This document shows positions 19,705 through 30,085 of a DNA stretch of 64,000 bases, in pieces. The translations under genes were made by a program, and so were the position numbers. The DNA is from Planctomycetota bacterium. GTDB lineage: Bacteria; Planctomycetota; UBA8108; SXIK01. The stretch covers positions 5,568,001 through 5,632,000 of the forward strand of contig OZ244999.1 in NCBI GenBank assembly GCA_965223265.1, in the 5' to 3' direction. Each line of letters opens with the position of its first letter. Within the stretch, counting starts at the first letter, position 1. The notes under the pieces are model-generated. The model saw nothing but the letters and a program-made list of their open reading frames with translations, made no database searches and had not been told where the DNA came from.

Positions 19705-22700
19705 TTCAAATGAACCGAAGCGCGACTCGCTCGAAACCGACAACGAACTCGAAAATCTGTTCGCCGTTTACGTCGACCGGTTGAACCGCGGCGAACGGTT
19801 CCACCGCCAGGAGATTCTGGCGAAGCACCCCCTCGTCGGCGAGGAGCTGATTCAATGCCTTGAGGACTACGTCGAGTTGGAACGGGTCCCGGAGTGGAAT
19901 GAACCCCTCAGTACGCTCGGCGACTACACCCTCTGCCGGCAGATCGGCCGCGGCGGCATGGGGGTGGTGTACGAGGCATGGCAAGGCTCTATGGACCGGC
20001 GCGTCGCACTCAAGGTTCTACCACCGGGCGTTGCCGCGGACGACAAAGCATTCCACCGCTTCATGCGCGAGGCAAAGGCGGCTGGGAAGCTCGACCATCA
20101 GAACATCGTCTCAGTGCACGCGGCAGGGTTTGACGACAGCACGCCATACTTTTCCATGGAGTACGTCGAGGGGGAGACGCTCGCGCAGGTGCTCAGGGTA
20201 CTCACGGATGCTGAGGCCGAAACCGCCTCGCCGTTCGGGCCGAAGGATCAGGGCGACTATTTCATCCGACTCGCGCACGCCTTTGCCGATGTCGCCGACG
20301 GTCTCCAGCACGCGCACTCCAAGGGTGTCATCCACCGCGACATCAAACCGTCGAACCTGATTCTGGATGTTGGAAGCGACCAAGGAGGGAGCTTCCAAGG
20401 TCGACTCCGCATTCTCGACTTCGGCCTGGCGCATCTGGAGGGACAGGATTCCCTCACTCTCTCAGGTGACCTTGTCGGCACGCCCGCCTACATGAGCCCC
20501 GAGCAGGCACGGCGGCAGAAGATTCCGGTCGATCATCGCACGGACATCTACAGCCTCGGCGCGACGATGTACGAGGTGTTCACCGGGCTGGCGCCGTTTC
20601 GCGGCAGAGACCACGCCGAGACGCTCTCGCAGATCATCGACCGCGACGCCCGGCCTCTGCGGCAGTTGAATGCGCGGGTGCCAGAGGATCTTGAGACGCT
20701 GGTCCTCAAGTGTCTTCGCAAGGATGCCGGAGAGCGTTACGGAAGTGCTGAAGCTTTGGCGCAAGATCTGCGGCGGTTTGTGCGCGGGGATCCGATTGAG
20801 GCGCGGCCGGAGGGGCGATGGACAAGATGCGTTCGCCGCGCGCTCGGGCAACGCCGTCGCATCGGCACAGCTGCCGTGACGGTTTTCGCGTGCGTCGCCG
20901 GGGCGCTCCTTCTGCGAGACTCTCAGGCTCGGCGGCAGGATCAGATCCGGCGCGACTACGAGGAGAAGGTGCTGGCGGCGCTCGTTCAGTTCGAAGAGGC
21001 ACGGCTTCTCGAGAGTGCCGATGCGACCGGAGCGCTCTCCATCCGGCAACCCGAGCTCCTGGCGGCGGACGAGACGGTCCTCCGTCGTACGCACCGTGTC
21101 CTCGAGGGAGTCCGCAGACTAGAGGACGCCACGCGATCGCTGCCGGGGCGTCCGGAAGCTTACTACTCCAAAGCGAGAGGGCTGGTCCTCCTCGATCAGG
21201 CCGACGAAGCCGAGAAGGCGCTCGACCGTGCCCTGGCTGCCGATCCCAACTTTCTTCCCGCCATCCTCCTCAGGAGCGAGCTGCGCGGGGAAGAGTTTTC
21301 GCGGGCAGTTACCGGAAAAGAGGAGCCTCGGCAAAGGGAATGGGTTCGCGCCTTGCTCCCGGCTCACCGAGCTGTGCGTGAGGCTCGCCCGCGCGAAACC
21401 GCAAAAGCCTTCACGGAGCTCATCCGCTTCGAGGAAAAGCATGGTGAACCTTACCTCGGGGCCTCCATCGAAGCACGTCTTGGGCGGGGTATCGCCCACC
21501 TCGAAGCTCAGAACCAGTCGCAGGCGATCGAGGATTTCGCCGTCTGCCGGGATCGGTACCCCACCTACCTCGAGCCCGTTCTACTTCTGGCTCGAGCCTA
21601 CTACCAGAAAGGTGAGGAGCACGAGTCGGCGAGGGCCTTCGCGCAGTCCTACGACAACGCCGAGGCAAACCGGAGAGATGGCATCGCGCTGTGGATCGCC
21701 ACGATCTACAGTAGCGAAAGAGACTTCGCGCGCGGGCTGAACTGGGCGAAGAAGATCAGCGACGATTTCCTCAAGGCCAGCCTCACGTCCTACTTCTATT
21801 GGTCCCTCGGCCAGCTGGAAGAAGCGGAGCGCACGGCGCGAGACGCGATACGGCTCAGGCCTGACGAGGCCATCCCTTGGCAGCGACTCGCGCTCACGCT
21901 GTTCTTCAAGAGTGACTTTAGCGGTGCTCTGGAAGCGGCTTCCAAGGCCGTCGCGCTGCGTCCAGAGCTTGCTGATGGGCACTTCCTGCGTAGCGCGTGC
22001 CTCGTCTGGCTTGAGAAACCGAACGAGGCGGTGGTGGCGATTGAGGAGGCGATCCGCCTTCGCCCGGAGGCGGCGCACTACCACGCTCGCCTCGGCAGGG
22101 CTCTTCACCGAGCGGGTAGAGCTCGAGAAGCGAAAAAGGTCTGTGAAGACTTTCTCCGGCGTGCTCCGCGCTCGGCGGGTGTTCTCTCGCTTCTCGGGCT
22201 CTTACTCAAGGAGGAGAAGGATTGGGAGAGAGCCGAGGTCGAGCTGCGTAAGGCGGTCGAATGCTGGGAGGCCTTCCGCACGATGAATCCAAACGCCCGG
22301 GCGGTTTACTCCTCGACGTTGGTCCACCTCGGCGATGTTCTGCGCAGGAAGGGAGACCCTCTGCGGGCGTTTGACTGCTACCGAAAGGCCATAGAGAGAA
22401 TGCCCGACGATGCATTCGCCCATCGAAGGCTGTGCAAGCTGGCTCGTTCAGAGCACGCTCCAACATTGAGCGGCCGATGGGACGCATTCATCGGCGCGCT
22501 CGAGGAGAAGCTCGAAGCCTCGAGCCCGGGCGCCGTGCCCCTCAACACCCTGGCCGTGGCGCGTATGCAGGCGCAAGAAGCCAGGGACCTTGAGAAGGCG
22601 CTCGCGTTCGCTCGGCTGGCGGCAAGGAGGAGCGGCGAGAAGAACGCCGCTCTTCTGCTGACGCTCGCCGAGGCGCAGTACTTTGGCGGTGACAAAGAGT

Positions 22701-22801
22701 CTGCACTGAAGACGTTGAACAAGGCGCGGACCCTCCCGAACCCATCGCGCAAAATCGGCAAGCGACTCGAAGAGTACTCGCGGGAGGGAGTCTCTAACTA
22801 A
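19694..22801 (+). CDS. Ser/Thr protein kinase with TM segment and TPR repeats
   Basis: GRGGMGVVY, VALK, HRDIKPSN, DFG, GTPAYMSPE, DIYSLG. Confidence 0.92.
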   Translation: MLSDSNEPKRDSLETDNELENLFAVYVDRLNRGERFHRQEILAKHPLVGEELIQCLEDYVELERVPEWNEPLSTLGDYTLCRQIGRGGMGVVYEAWQGSMDRRVALKVLPPGVAADDKAFHRFMREAKAAGKLDHQNIVSVHAAGFDDSTPYFSMEYVEGETLAQVLRVLTDAEAETASPFGPKDQGDYFIRLAHAFADVADGLQHAHSKGVIHRDIKPSNLILDVGSDQGGSFQGRLRILDFGLAHLEGQDSLTLSGDLVGTPAYMSPEQARRQKIPVDHRTDIYSLGATMYEVFTGLAPFRGRDHAETLSQIIDRDARPLRQLNARVPEDLETLVLKCLRKDAGERYGSAEALAQDLRRFVRGDPIEARPEGRWTRCVRRALGQRRRIGTAAVTVFACVAGALLLRDSQARRQDQIRRDYEEKVLAALVQFEEARLLESADATGALSIRQPELLAADETVLRRTHRVLEGVRRLEDATRSLPGRPEAYYSKARGLVLLDQADEAEKALDRALAADPNFLPAILLRSELRGEEFSRAVTGKEEPRQREWVRALLPAHRAVREARPRETAKAFTELIRFEEKHGEPYLGASIEARLGRGIAHLEAQNQSQAIEDFAVCRDRYPTYLEPVLLLARAYYQKGEEHESARAFAQSYDNAEANRRDGIALWIATIYSSERDFARGLNWAKKISDDFLKASLTSYFYWSLGQLEEAERTARDAIRLRPDEAIPWQRLALTLFFKSDFSGALEAASKAVALRPELADGHFLRSACLVWLEKPNEAVVAIEEAIRLRPEAAHYHARLGRALHRAGRAREAKKVCEDFLRRAPRSAGVLSLLGLLLKEEKDWERAEVELRKAVECWEAFRTMNPNARAVYSSTLVHLGDVLRRKGDPLRAFDCYRKAIERMPDDAFAHRRLCKLARSEHAPTLSGRWDAFIGALEEKLEASSPGAVPLNTLAVARMQAQEARDLEKALAFARLAARRSGEKNAALLLTLAEAQYFGGDKESALKTLNKARTLPNPSRKIGKRLEEYSREGVSN

Positions 22802-22918
22802 CGATCACGTCGCTTCGAAAGAGCCCCGCGGAGAGTGCGTCCAACCTGGGCCCCAAGATCGAAGGTTGTCGGCGCTCTCCCGAGGAACGCTCGCAATCTC
22901 AAAAACAGGAGTCTTGTT

Positions 22919-24133
22919 ATGCGTACACATCTCCAGAACCGCTTCACTTCTTGGACTGCCCGGTTCTCTTGTTCTCTGTTCTTGGCATGTCCGTGGGGCT
23001 TCGTTGGTGCTTCGGAGGGCGGCCAGTTCGTTGACGTCGAGGAGCTGGGTTTTCCTGTGAACACAGAAGAGAGCGAGCTGAGTCCCCGACTGGCGGCCGA
23101 TGGCGTCACGCTCTACTTCGGCCGGCGGGCTCCGGGCGGCGGCCAATTGGACATTTACACGGCAACACGGGGCGAAGACGGCGTCTTCGACGAGGTCGCG
23201 AAGCTAGAAGGAGACGTCAACAGCGATTTCAACGACAGCGGCGCATGCGTCTCAGCGAACGGTCTGACCTTGTTCTTCCACTCGACTCGGCCCGGTCCTG
23301 AGGCTCAGGGAGAAGCTGACCTCTACCAGGCGACACGGAGCGCGATCGGCGAACCATTCGGCGAGGTCATCAACCTGGGCCCCGAAGTGAACAGCCGCTT
23401 CATCGACAACACACCCTCCGTTTCAGCCGACGGTCGGACGCTCTATTTCTCATCCTTCAGGCCCGGCGTTGGCGGACGCGACCTCTTCCAGGCCAGCCGC
23501 GAAAACGACGAGGAGCCGTTCGGCAACGTGGTCAACCTCGGCAAGCTGATCAACACCGAGTTTAACGAAGGTGGGCCGTCCATTTCGCCGGACGGCTGCG
23601 CGTTGTTCTTCCACTCCCAGAGAGCGAGCGGCAACGGAGGCTTCTTTGGCCTCTTCATGGCAATACGAACCACAACCGATGAGCCGTTTGACCGGGTCGT
23701 AAGTCTTGCGAGTGCTCTCGACGGTCCCGTCGCCGAGTTGGCGCCGAGTGTTTCGCCCGACTGGCCGGCGGCGGGGTCGGTGCTCTACTTCGCCCAGGCA
23801 AGTAGCAGCTTTGACGGGGACCTCTTTCAAGCCACCTGGGTTCCTGCCGTGCCGAGTTTCCTCCGCGGCGACTGTAACGGCGACTCCGCGGTCGACATCT
23901 CCGATGGTATCTTTCATCTGAACGCGCTCTTCGTCGCGGACGCTGAGCAGACGACATGCTTCGAAGCGTGTAACACCAACAACGACGACGCAAGCGACGT
24001 CTCCGACGCGATCTTCACCTTCAATTTTCTCTTTGTCGCCGGTAGCGAAACTCCGGCGGCGCCCTACCCCGATTGTGCGGTGGATCCTGAGCCGGCGGGA
24101 AGCCTTGGTTGCGAGCGGCTGGCGTGTGAGTGA
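22919..24133 (+). CDS. secreted PD40/WD40-like propeller protein with C-terminal dockerin-like domain
   Basis: repeated VN....D..PSVSADG.TLYF.S motifs; FLRGDCNGDSAVDISD; AGGAG RBS. Confidence 0.8.
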   Translation: MRTHLQNRFTSWTARFSCSLFLACPWGFVGASEGGQFVDVEELGFPVNTEESELSPRLAADGVTLYFGRRAPGGGQLDIYTATRGEDGVFDEVAKLEGDVNSDFNDSGACVSANGLTLFFHSTRPGPEAQGEADLYQATRSAIGEPFGEVINLGPEVNSRFIDNTPSVSADGRTLYFSSFRPGVGGRDLFQASRENDEEPFGNVVNLGKLINTEFNEGGPSISPDGCALFFHSQRASGNGGFFGLFMAIRTTTDEPFDRVVSLASALDGPVAELAPSVSPDWPAAGSVLYFAQASSSFDGDLFQATWVPAVPSFLRGDCNGDSAVDISDGIFHLNALFVADAEQTTCFEACNTNNDDASDVSDAIFTFNFLFVAGSETPAAPYPDCAVDPEPAGSLGCERLACE

Positions 24134-24169
24134 GCGGCAACGCCTCGAAGCACTTTCTCACACCGGCTG

Positions 24170-25573
24170 CTAACCAACCAGCTGCGCGATCGGCTCAACG
24201 GTCGTGATCGAGCGGTAGACTTCGTTGGAGAAGCCGCGCTGACGGCGAAAGACGTCCGGATCGATCAGCGAGTGCATGATCGTCGCGAACACCTGGTCGA
24301 TCGAGACGTGATCGCTCTCCGGCACCGCGGCGAAACGGTCGGACGCGCCAACCACCTCCCCCATGCGCAGGCCACCTCCGGCGAAGACCAGCGGGCAGAG
24401 GTTGCCCCAGTGGTCGCGGCCACCTTGGTCATTGATCTTCGGGGTGCGGCCGAATTCGCCCGTGATGATGAAGAGAACTTTGTCCGACAACCCGCGTCTG
24501 TCGATGTCTTCGATGAACGCGCTCGCGGCCTTGTCGACCGCCGGACAGAGAACCGGCACGGAACCGGCGACATTGAAAGCACCCCCGTGCATGTCCCAGC
24601 CATGGGAGCGCACCGTGACGAAGCCACACCCAGCCTCGACCAAACGGCGCGCGAGCAGCAGCTGCTTGCCCAACGCCGTCGGTTCGAAGTTGGCGCGCAA
24701 ACGCTCCGGGTCGTCGCTCTTCGCCAAGACCGAGGCTGGTATCTTCATAGCGCTCGTATCATAGCGCTCGATCGTGCGCGGATCCTCGCGCGTGATATCG
24801 AACGCCGAGCCCACGCCTCTGAAAATCACATCGAATGCCTGCGCTTCGAAGCGGTTCATGCCGTCGACGACCGGGGAGTTCTCGAAGTCGCGACGGTGGC
24901 GGTCGAGCTGCGAGAGAAGATCGCGGCGGCGCAGCATTCTGCCCTCCGGCAAGCTGAGCTGCATGTCTTCGAGAAGGCGCGATCCGGCGCTTGGGTCGAA
25001 CGCCAAAAACGCTGGCGGCAGATGCCCAGTGAAGTTGATGCGGTCGGTCGGGACGTGGCGCCTTTTGTACTCTTCATTGAAGATGCCCGGACTCACCAGC
25101 ATGTTGCGCGGCATCCCGGTTTCCGGATGCGTCAAGCCCGCGATGTGGGCGTAGAGCGCCCCCATGTGCGCCTTCGTCGGATTGCCGCCGGCGCCGTAAA
25201 GGCGCATGGCGCTGCCGTGCCGATGCACACCATGCTGAAAGGAGCGCACGATCGCCAAACGGTCCGCGAGCGCAGCGAGGCGGGGAAAGTGCGCACCAAA
25301 GCGAACACCGGCGAGCTTCGTCGCCACATCGCCAAACATCGGACGGTAGTCCGAGGGCGCGTCCATCTTGGCGTCAAACGTTTCGGCTTGGGGCGGTCCA
25401 CCGTCAAGAAACAGAAGGACGACGGATCGATCCTTCGCCAGTGCCCCCGTCGTACCTGCCGCGGCGGTACGCGCCAAGAGCTGCGCCAGCGAGAAACCGC
25501 CGAGCGACAAACTGCCGATGCGAAGAAACTCGCGGCGGCTGCCGGTTCTTGTGCCCGCACTGAGAGTCAACAT
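24170..25573 (-). CDS. DUF1501 domain protein
   Basis: SRREFLRIGSL, LFLDGGPPQ.ETFD.K, QLLLARRLVEAG, GEFGRTPKIN..GGRDHW. Confidence 0.9.
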   Translation of the reverse strand: MLTLSAGTRTGSRREFLRIGSLSLGGFSLAQLLARTAAAGTTGALAKDRSVVLLFLDGGPPQAETFDAKMDAPSDYRPMFGDVATKLAGVRFGAHFPRLAALADRLAIVRSFQHGVHRHGSAMRLYGAGGNPTKAHMGALYAHIAGLTHPETGMPRNMLVSPGIFNEEYKRRHVPTDRINFTGHLPPAFLAFDPSAGSRLLEDMQLSLPEGRMLRRRDLLSQLDRHRRDFENSPVVDGMNRFEAQAFDVIFRGVGSAFDITREDPRTIERYDTSAMKIPASVLAKSDDPERLRANFEPTALGKQLLLARRLVEAGCGFVTVRSHGWDMHGGAFNVAGSVPVLCPAVDKAASAFIEDIDRRGLSDKVLFIITGEFGRTPKINDQGGRDHWGNLCPLVFAGGGLRMGEVVGASDRFAAVPESDHVSIDQVFATIMHSLIDPDVFRRQRGFSNEVYRSITTVEPIAQLVG

Positions 25574-25802
25574 CGAAACGCAACCTCAACTCAAGAGAAA
25601 GTCGCGATTTACAGCGTCACAGTCTACGGTTGTGCCGTCGCGGTATCAACCGTCTCCAAGGCGCTGGTGGCACGGGTCGAGGTCTACGCGACGCCGAAGA
25701 AAGCTCACGGACGCTTGCAACCCTTGATCACCGGTCGCCGCGGGCTGCAGAATGATCCTTTTAGCGCGCGCAGCGAAAAACCCGAACCCGAAGAGGCCCC
25801 AC

Positions 25803-26732
25803 ATGACGCGAGTGGCAACGCGACGAAGATTCCTCCAGTTGACGGCGGCGGCAACAGCAGCAAGTGCGCTCGGCGGTGTCGCCCCACGGGCCGCCTTCGG
25901 AGCGAAGGATTCGACCGGAGAGTTCCGCGGCCGCATCTACAAATCCATTAAGTTCGGGATGTTCTCGGAAGATCTGCCCATGACCGAGAAGTTCCAGCTT
26001 CTCAAAGCGATGGGCTTCGACGGCGTGGAACTGAGCAGTCCGGGCGGCGTGGACAAGGCTGCGGCGATCCGCGCCAGCCGCGAGACCGGCCTGCGCATCC
26101 ACGGTGCCGTCAACACGGTGCACTGGAATACACGTCTCTCGGACCCCGACCCTGCCGTGCGCGAGAAGAGCCGCGAGGCGCTAGAAACATCGATCAAGGA
26201 CGTCCACGTCATCGGCGGCACCTCGGTCCTCCTCGTCCCCGGCAAAGTCACCGACCCGAGGAATGAGAACCAGGAGCAAGTGTGGGATCGCTCGATCGAG
26301 CAGATTCGCAAGACCCTGCCGCTCGCGTCGCGGCTCGGCGTGCACATTCTCATCGAGAACGTGTGGAACGGTTTCTGTTACATCCACGACGGCCCGGACA
26401 ACCAGACCGCCGACCTTCTCGCACGTTATATCGACACGATCGCGAGCCCCTGGGTCGGTGTCTACTTCGACATCGGCAACCACCAAAAGTACGGCAAGCC
26501 GGCCGAATGGATCCGGACGCTGGGATCACGCATCGTCAAGCTGGACGTCAAGGACTGGGGAAAGAAGAACGGCTTTTCCAAGATCGGCGCCGGCGATGTC
26601 GATTGGGCAGAAGTCCGCAGGGCGCTTCACGACATCAGGTTCACCGGCTGGGCGACGGCGGAGGTGCGCGGCGGCGACCGCGAACGCATTCGCGAGATCG
26701 CCGCCAACATGGATCGTGCGTTAGGGTTGTAA
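25803..26732 (+). CDS. Tat-exported sugar phosphate isomerase/epimerase (xylose-isomerase-like TIM barrel)
   Basis: TRRRFLQ Tat motif; GFDGVEL, IENVWN, YFDIGN, KLDVKD. Confidence 0.85.
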   Translation: MTRVATRRRFLQLTAAATAASALGGVAPRAAFGAKDSTGEFRGRIYKSIKFGMFSEDLPMTEKFQLLKAMGFDGVELSSPGGVDKAAAIRASRETGLRIHGAVNTVHWNTRLSDPDPAVREKSREALETSIKDVHVIGGTSVLLVPGKVTDPRNENQEQVWDRSIEQIRKTLPLASRLGVHILIENVWNGFCYIHDGPDNQTADLLARYIDTIASPWVGVYFDIGNHQKYGKPAEWIRTLGSRIVKLDVKDWGKKNGFSKIGAGDVDWAEVRRALHDIRFTGWATAEVRGGDRERIREIAANMDRALGL

Positions 26733-26806
26733 CGCTCGGCTTGCGCGCTGAGGCGAGTGAGCGCGCGAGAACCAGCTGTCGAAGACAACGTCGCGCCAGC
26801 AGGACA

Positions 26807-27319
26807 TCACGCCGAGGGGAACATATCCTGTTCGTCCGCGGACGGACCGTACACCTGAGGCAGCGGTATGTCTTTGAGCCGCAAATAAACGTCGAGCTGA
26901 CCGCGATGATGGATCTGGTGGCTGATGATGAACGTCCGCAGCACCGCGATCCTCGGCATCGAGAAAACGACCTGATCACCGACCTTCATCGTCCACGTCT
27001 GCAGCAGCTTTTCGTCCGTCGCCTTCGACATCGTCTCTGTCGCCGCACCGACGTTCTTGTCGAACGTCTCGAGCACTTCGCCAACGTTGGCACCAACCCA
27101 TGGCTTGTATGTGGACGGATCCATCACCATCTCGTCCTGCTCGAGCGTTGGTCCGACCCAATTGATGGCATCGACGATGTGCGAACCCAGCGCTCCAAAC
27201 GTCATCGACTTCGTGTGCGGCGCCCAATCGAAGTGCTCTTGGGGAATGCGTTCGAGAAGCTTGCGAGTTGTCGCCGTCTCGTGCTGAAACTCCAGGATGA
27301 ATCCGTCGATGATGTTCAT
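26807..27319 (-). CDS. DinB family protein
   Basis: PHTKSM..G.LGSHI, HQIHHRGQLDVYLRL.DIPLPQVYGPSAD. Confidence 0.88.
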   Translation of the reverse strand: MNIIDGFILEFQHETATTRKLLERIPQEHFDWAPHTKSMTFGALGSHIVDAINWVGPTLEQDEMVMDPSTYKPWVGANVGEVLETFDKNVGAATETMSKATDEKLLQTWTMKVGDQVVFSMPRIAVLRTFIISHQIHHRGQLDVYLRLKDIPLPQVYGPSADEQDMFPSA

Positions 27320-27534
27320 AGGGTCTCCTTTCGCGCAGCGAACCACTGTTTTCCACCTGAGCGCCCGCCGCAGGACATTAGCCGGTTGCCGACTCAGCGG
27401 CCTTCCGGACGCGGGTTTTGATTTCTCAACCTCCTCAGCTTACGGCCCGATCCGTGCGGGCGCGACGATTTTCACGTCAATCCACTCGACGTTGGCCATC
27501 TCGATGGAAAACGGAACGATGGAAACGACGCGCG

Positions 27535-28494
27535 TCAGCGGAGCTTGAAGCCGAAGAGACGCGCCGCGTTGCCTCCGAGTACCTTTCGCTGGTCACCGGC
27601 TCCCAGCGAAGAGAGAAGCTCGCGCACCCGATCGCGGTATTCGCGGTACGAACGACCGGTGGCGTTCAAGCCAAAGCCGCCACCATAGATCATCCTCTCG
27701 GGGCCAAATCGCTCGATGACACGTTCGACAACCGGCCGGATGTCACGGTGCGGGTACTTGTGTGCAGACGGGATCGAGGCGAGCTTGATGATCGTGTTGT
27801 CGAAGCGCGCCCAGTCCAGCACGACGCCGTGCTCCTCTTCCGTGCCTTGGAACGGTCTTCCCAGGTGATCGATGATCACCGTCGTGTCATGAAACTCTTT
27901 GATCAGAGGCTCAAACCCGGGGGCGTACCGCGGCTCGAAGTGTAGCTGCATCGCGAGGCCAAGCTCTGTCGCACTCTTCCATAACGCACGCAGCTCGGGC
28001 TTGCCAAACGGCGGCAGGCGATTGGGGACGTAGGCATGGACTCGCGCCGCTACGATGTCGAGCTCACGCGCCAGTCGCGGCAGCTGCTCCGCGGAACCGG
28101 GGCGGTCGGCGAACACAAGACAGGTGCCCTTGAGACGTCCACGGCCGATCTCGAGGCAGTGTTCAAGATAGCGGTGATCGTCCTGGTACGGTTCGGGGTG
28201 AACGACAATGGCGAAGGCGACACCCGCTTCCTCCATGCAGCGAAGCAGATGCTCCGGCGTCGCAGCGCTCTCCGGACGGTACGGCGCTCGCTCGTGGTAC
28301 GGAAAGCGCGTGTCGTCGGGACCTGCAAAACAGTGCAAATGTGTGTCGACAACAATGGCGTCGGCCGGCATGGGTGGCCTCGTTCGCCGCCCGGCACAAC
28401 CCGTACTCCACGCCGCGAGCGCAGCGGTGGCGACAAACTCGCGCCGCGTGACGCGTCGCCCGTGAGCGTCCTCGATCTTCAGTTCGTTGTTCAT
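27535..28494 (-). CDS. amidohydrolase family (Amidohydro_2) protein with Tat signal
   Basis: TRREFV; VDTHLH; IDHLGRP; FGPERMIYG; GGNAARLF. Confidence 0.85.
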   Translation of the reverse strand: MNNELKIEDAHGRRVTRREFVATAALAAWSTGCAGRRTRPPMPADAIVVDTHLHCFAGPDDTRFPYHERAPYRPESAATPEHLLRCMEEAGVAFAIVVHPEPYQDDHRYLEHCLEIGRGRLKGTCLVFADRPGSAEQLPRLARELDIVAARVHAYVPNRLPPFGKPELRALWKSATELGLAMQLHFEPRYAPGFEPLIKEFHDTTVIIDHLGRPFQGTEEEHGVVLDWARFDNTIIKLASIPSAHKYPHRDIRPVVERVIERFGPERMIYGGGFGLNATGRSYREYRDRVRELLSSLGAGDQRKVLGGNAARLFGFKLR

Positions 28495-28789
28495 GCGTCC
28501 AAGGATACGACGAGCGGCGTCGAGATTCGATCACGATCGCGGCGACTGCACGTGGGCCTGCCGCAGGCGCCTTCGAAACGGTGAATTCGAGAGAGCGCAG
28601 CGCGAATCCCCAAGGTCACCCGACGCGCCCTGGGAAAGCGTCTCGACCGCGGTAAGCGCCCGTCGCTGACAGGCGTGAGTCGACAGAAATCACGGCCCCT
28701 GACGCGCTGCACGCTTGCACCATACGCCGCAGACACCATACGATCGTTCCTTTCTCCAACTGGTGATTTCTACGACCTGGGAACAGCAG

Positions 28790-30058
28790 ATGACGACGAC
28801 GCAGCAGACAAACAGTCTTGTCACTCTCTCACTCCTTCTGATGATCGGTACCGCCGGAACTTCAGAGCTCGGCGCCGCCGAGGCGAACTGGCCGCAGTGG
28901 CGTGGCCCGAATCGAACGGACGTCTCAAGTGAGACCGGCTTCCTCAAGTCGTGGCCCGCGGCGGGGCCGAAACTCGTATGGCGTGTCGAGACGTGCGGCC
29001 GGGGTTACGCCGGGCCAGCGGTGGTGGGCAATCGGCTCTACACCCTGGGCGGCCGATCAGGCCGCGACGAGCTGCTGGCACTCGACGCGACGACAGGCAA
29101 CGAGGTGTGGAGCGCGCGAGTCGGCGACATGCTCGAGCACGACCGCGGCGACGGCCCGAGGAGCACCCCCACTGTCGTGGGCGATCGCGTTTTCGCGCTC
29201 AGTTCGAAGGGGGATCTGATCTGCGTCAAAGCGGCCAGCGGCGAACGCGTGTGGAACGTCTCGTTCGAGGAGATCGGCGGCACGCCACCGAACTGGGGTT
29301 ATTGTGAGAGCCCGCTCGTCGACGCCGGCCGGGTCATCTGCACACCGGGCGGCGGGGATGGGACGGTTGCCGCGTTCAGCGCGGCGAACGGCGATCTACT
29401 ATGGCGCACGGAACAGCTGACCGATGACGCGCAGTACGCCTCGCCCATCGCCGTCGACCTCAACGGCACGCGCCAATACATCCAGCTGACGATGAAGACG
29501 CTGGTCGGCCTGAACCCGAGCGACGGCAAACTGCTGTGGAAGTCGGAGTGGCCCGGGCAAGTCGCCGTCGTTCCGACACCGATCTTTCATGATCGCCATG
29601 TCTTCATCACGTCGGGTTACGGCGTCGGCTGCAAGCTGGTCGAGATCGACGACGACTACGACGTGCGGGACGTCTACTTCAACAAGAACATGAAGAACCA
29701 TCACGGCGGAGTCATCCTCGTTGACGGTCATCTCTACGGCTACTCAGACGGCTACGGCTGGATCTGTCAAAACTTTGAGTCCGGCGAGATCGTCTGGAGC
29801 GAAAAGAAGAAACTCGGCAAGGGTGCCATCGCTTACGCTGACGGTCGCCTCTACTGCTTCGCCGAAAGTGACGGCACGACCGTGTTGATCGATGCCTCAC
29901 CAGCTGGCTGGAAGGAACGGGGACGATTCAAACTGCCGAAGGACTCGGAGCTGCGGCAGGCGCGCTGGCTAATCTGGACTCACCCCGTCGTTACCGGTGG
30001 GCGTCTCTATCTGCGCAACCAGGAACTTCTCTACTGTTACGACGTTGCGGCGAAGTGA
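28790..30058 (+). CDS. PQQ-binding-like beta-propeller protein
   Basis: NWPQWRGPNR, GPRSTPTV, WTHPVV.GGRLYLRNQ. Confidence 0.85.
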   Translation: MTTTQQTNSLVTLSLLLMIGTAGTSELGAAEANWPQWRGPNRTDVSSETGFLKSWPAAGPKLVWRVETCGRGYAGPAVVGNRLYTLGGRSGRDELLALDATTGNEVWSARVGDMLEHDRGDGPRSTPTVVGDRVFALSSKGDLICVKAASGERVWNVSFEEIGGTPPNWGYCESPLVDAGRVICTPGGGDGTVAAFSAANGDLLWRTEQLTDDAQYASPIAVDLNGTRQYIQLTMKTLVGLNPSDGKLLWKSEWPGQVAVVPTPIFHDRHVFITSGYGVGCKLVEIDDDYDVRDVYFNKNMKNHHGGVILVDGHLYGYSDGYGWICQNFESGEIVWSEKKKLGKGAIAYADGRLYCFAESDGTTVLIDASPAGWKERGRFKLPKDSELRQARWLIWTHPVVTGGRLYLRNQELLYCYDVAAK

Positions 30059-30085
30059 ACGGCGTTCGGACAGGAGTTTCCTAGG

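Noticed and set aside
24272-25951. 559-aa + strand ORF
   Set aside because: Antisense shadow of the DUF1501 gene in high-GC DNA; no recognisable motifs
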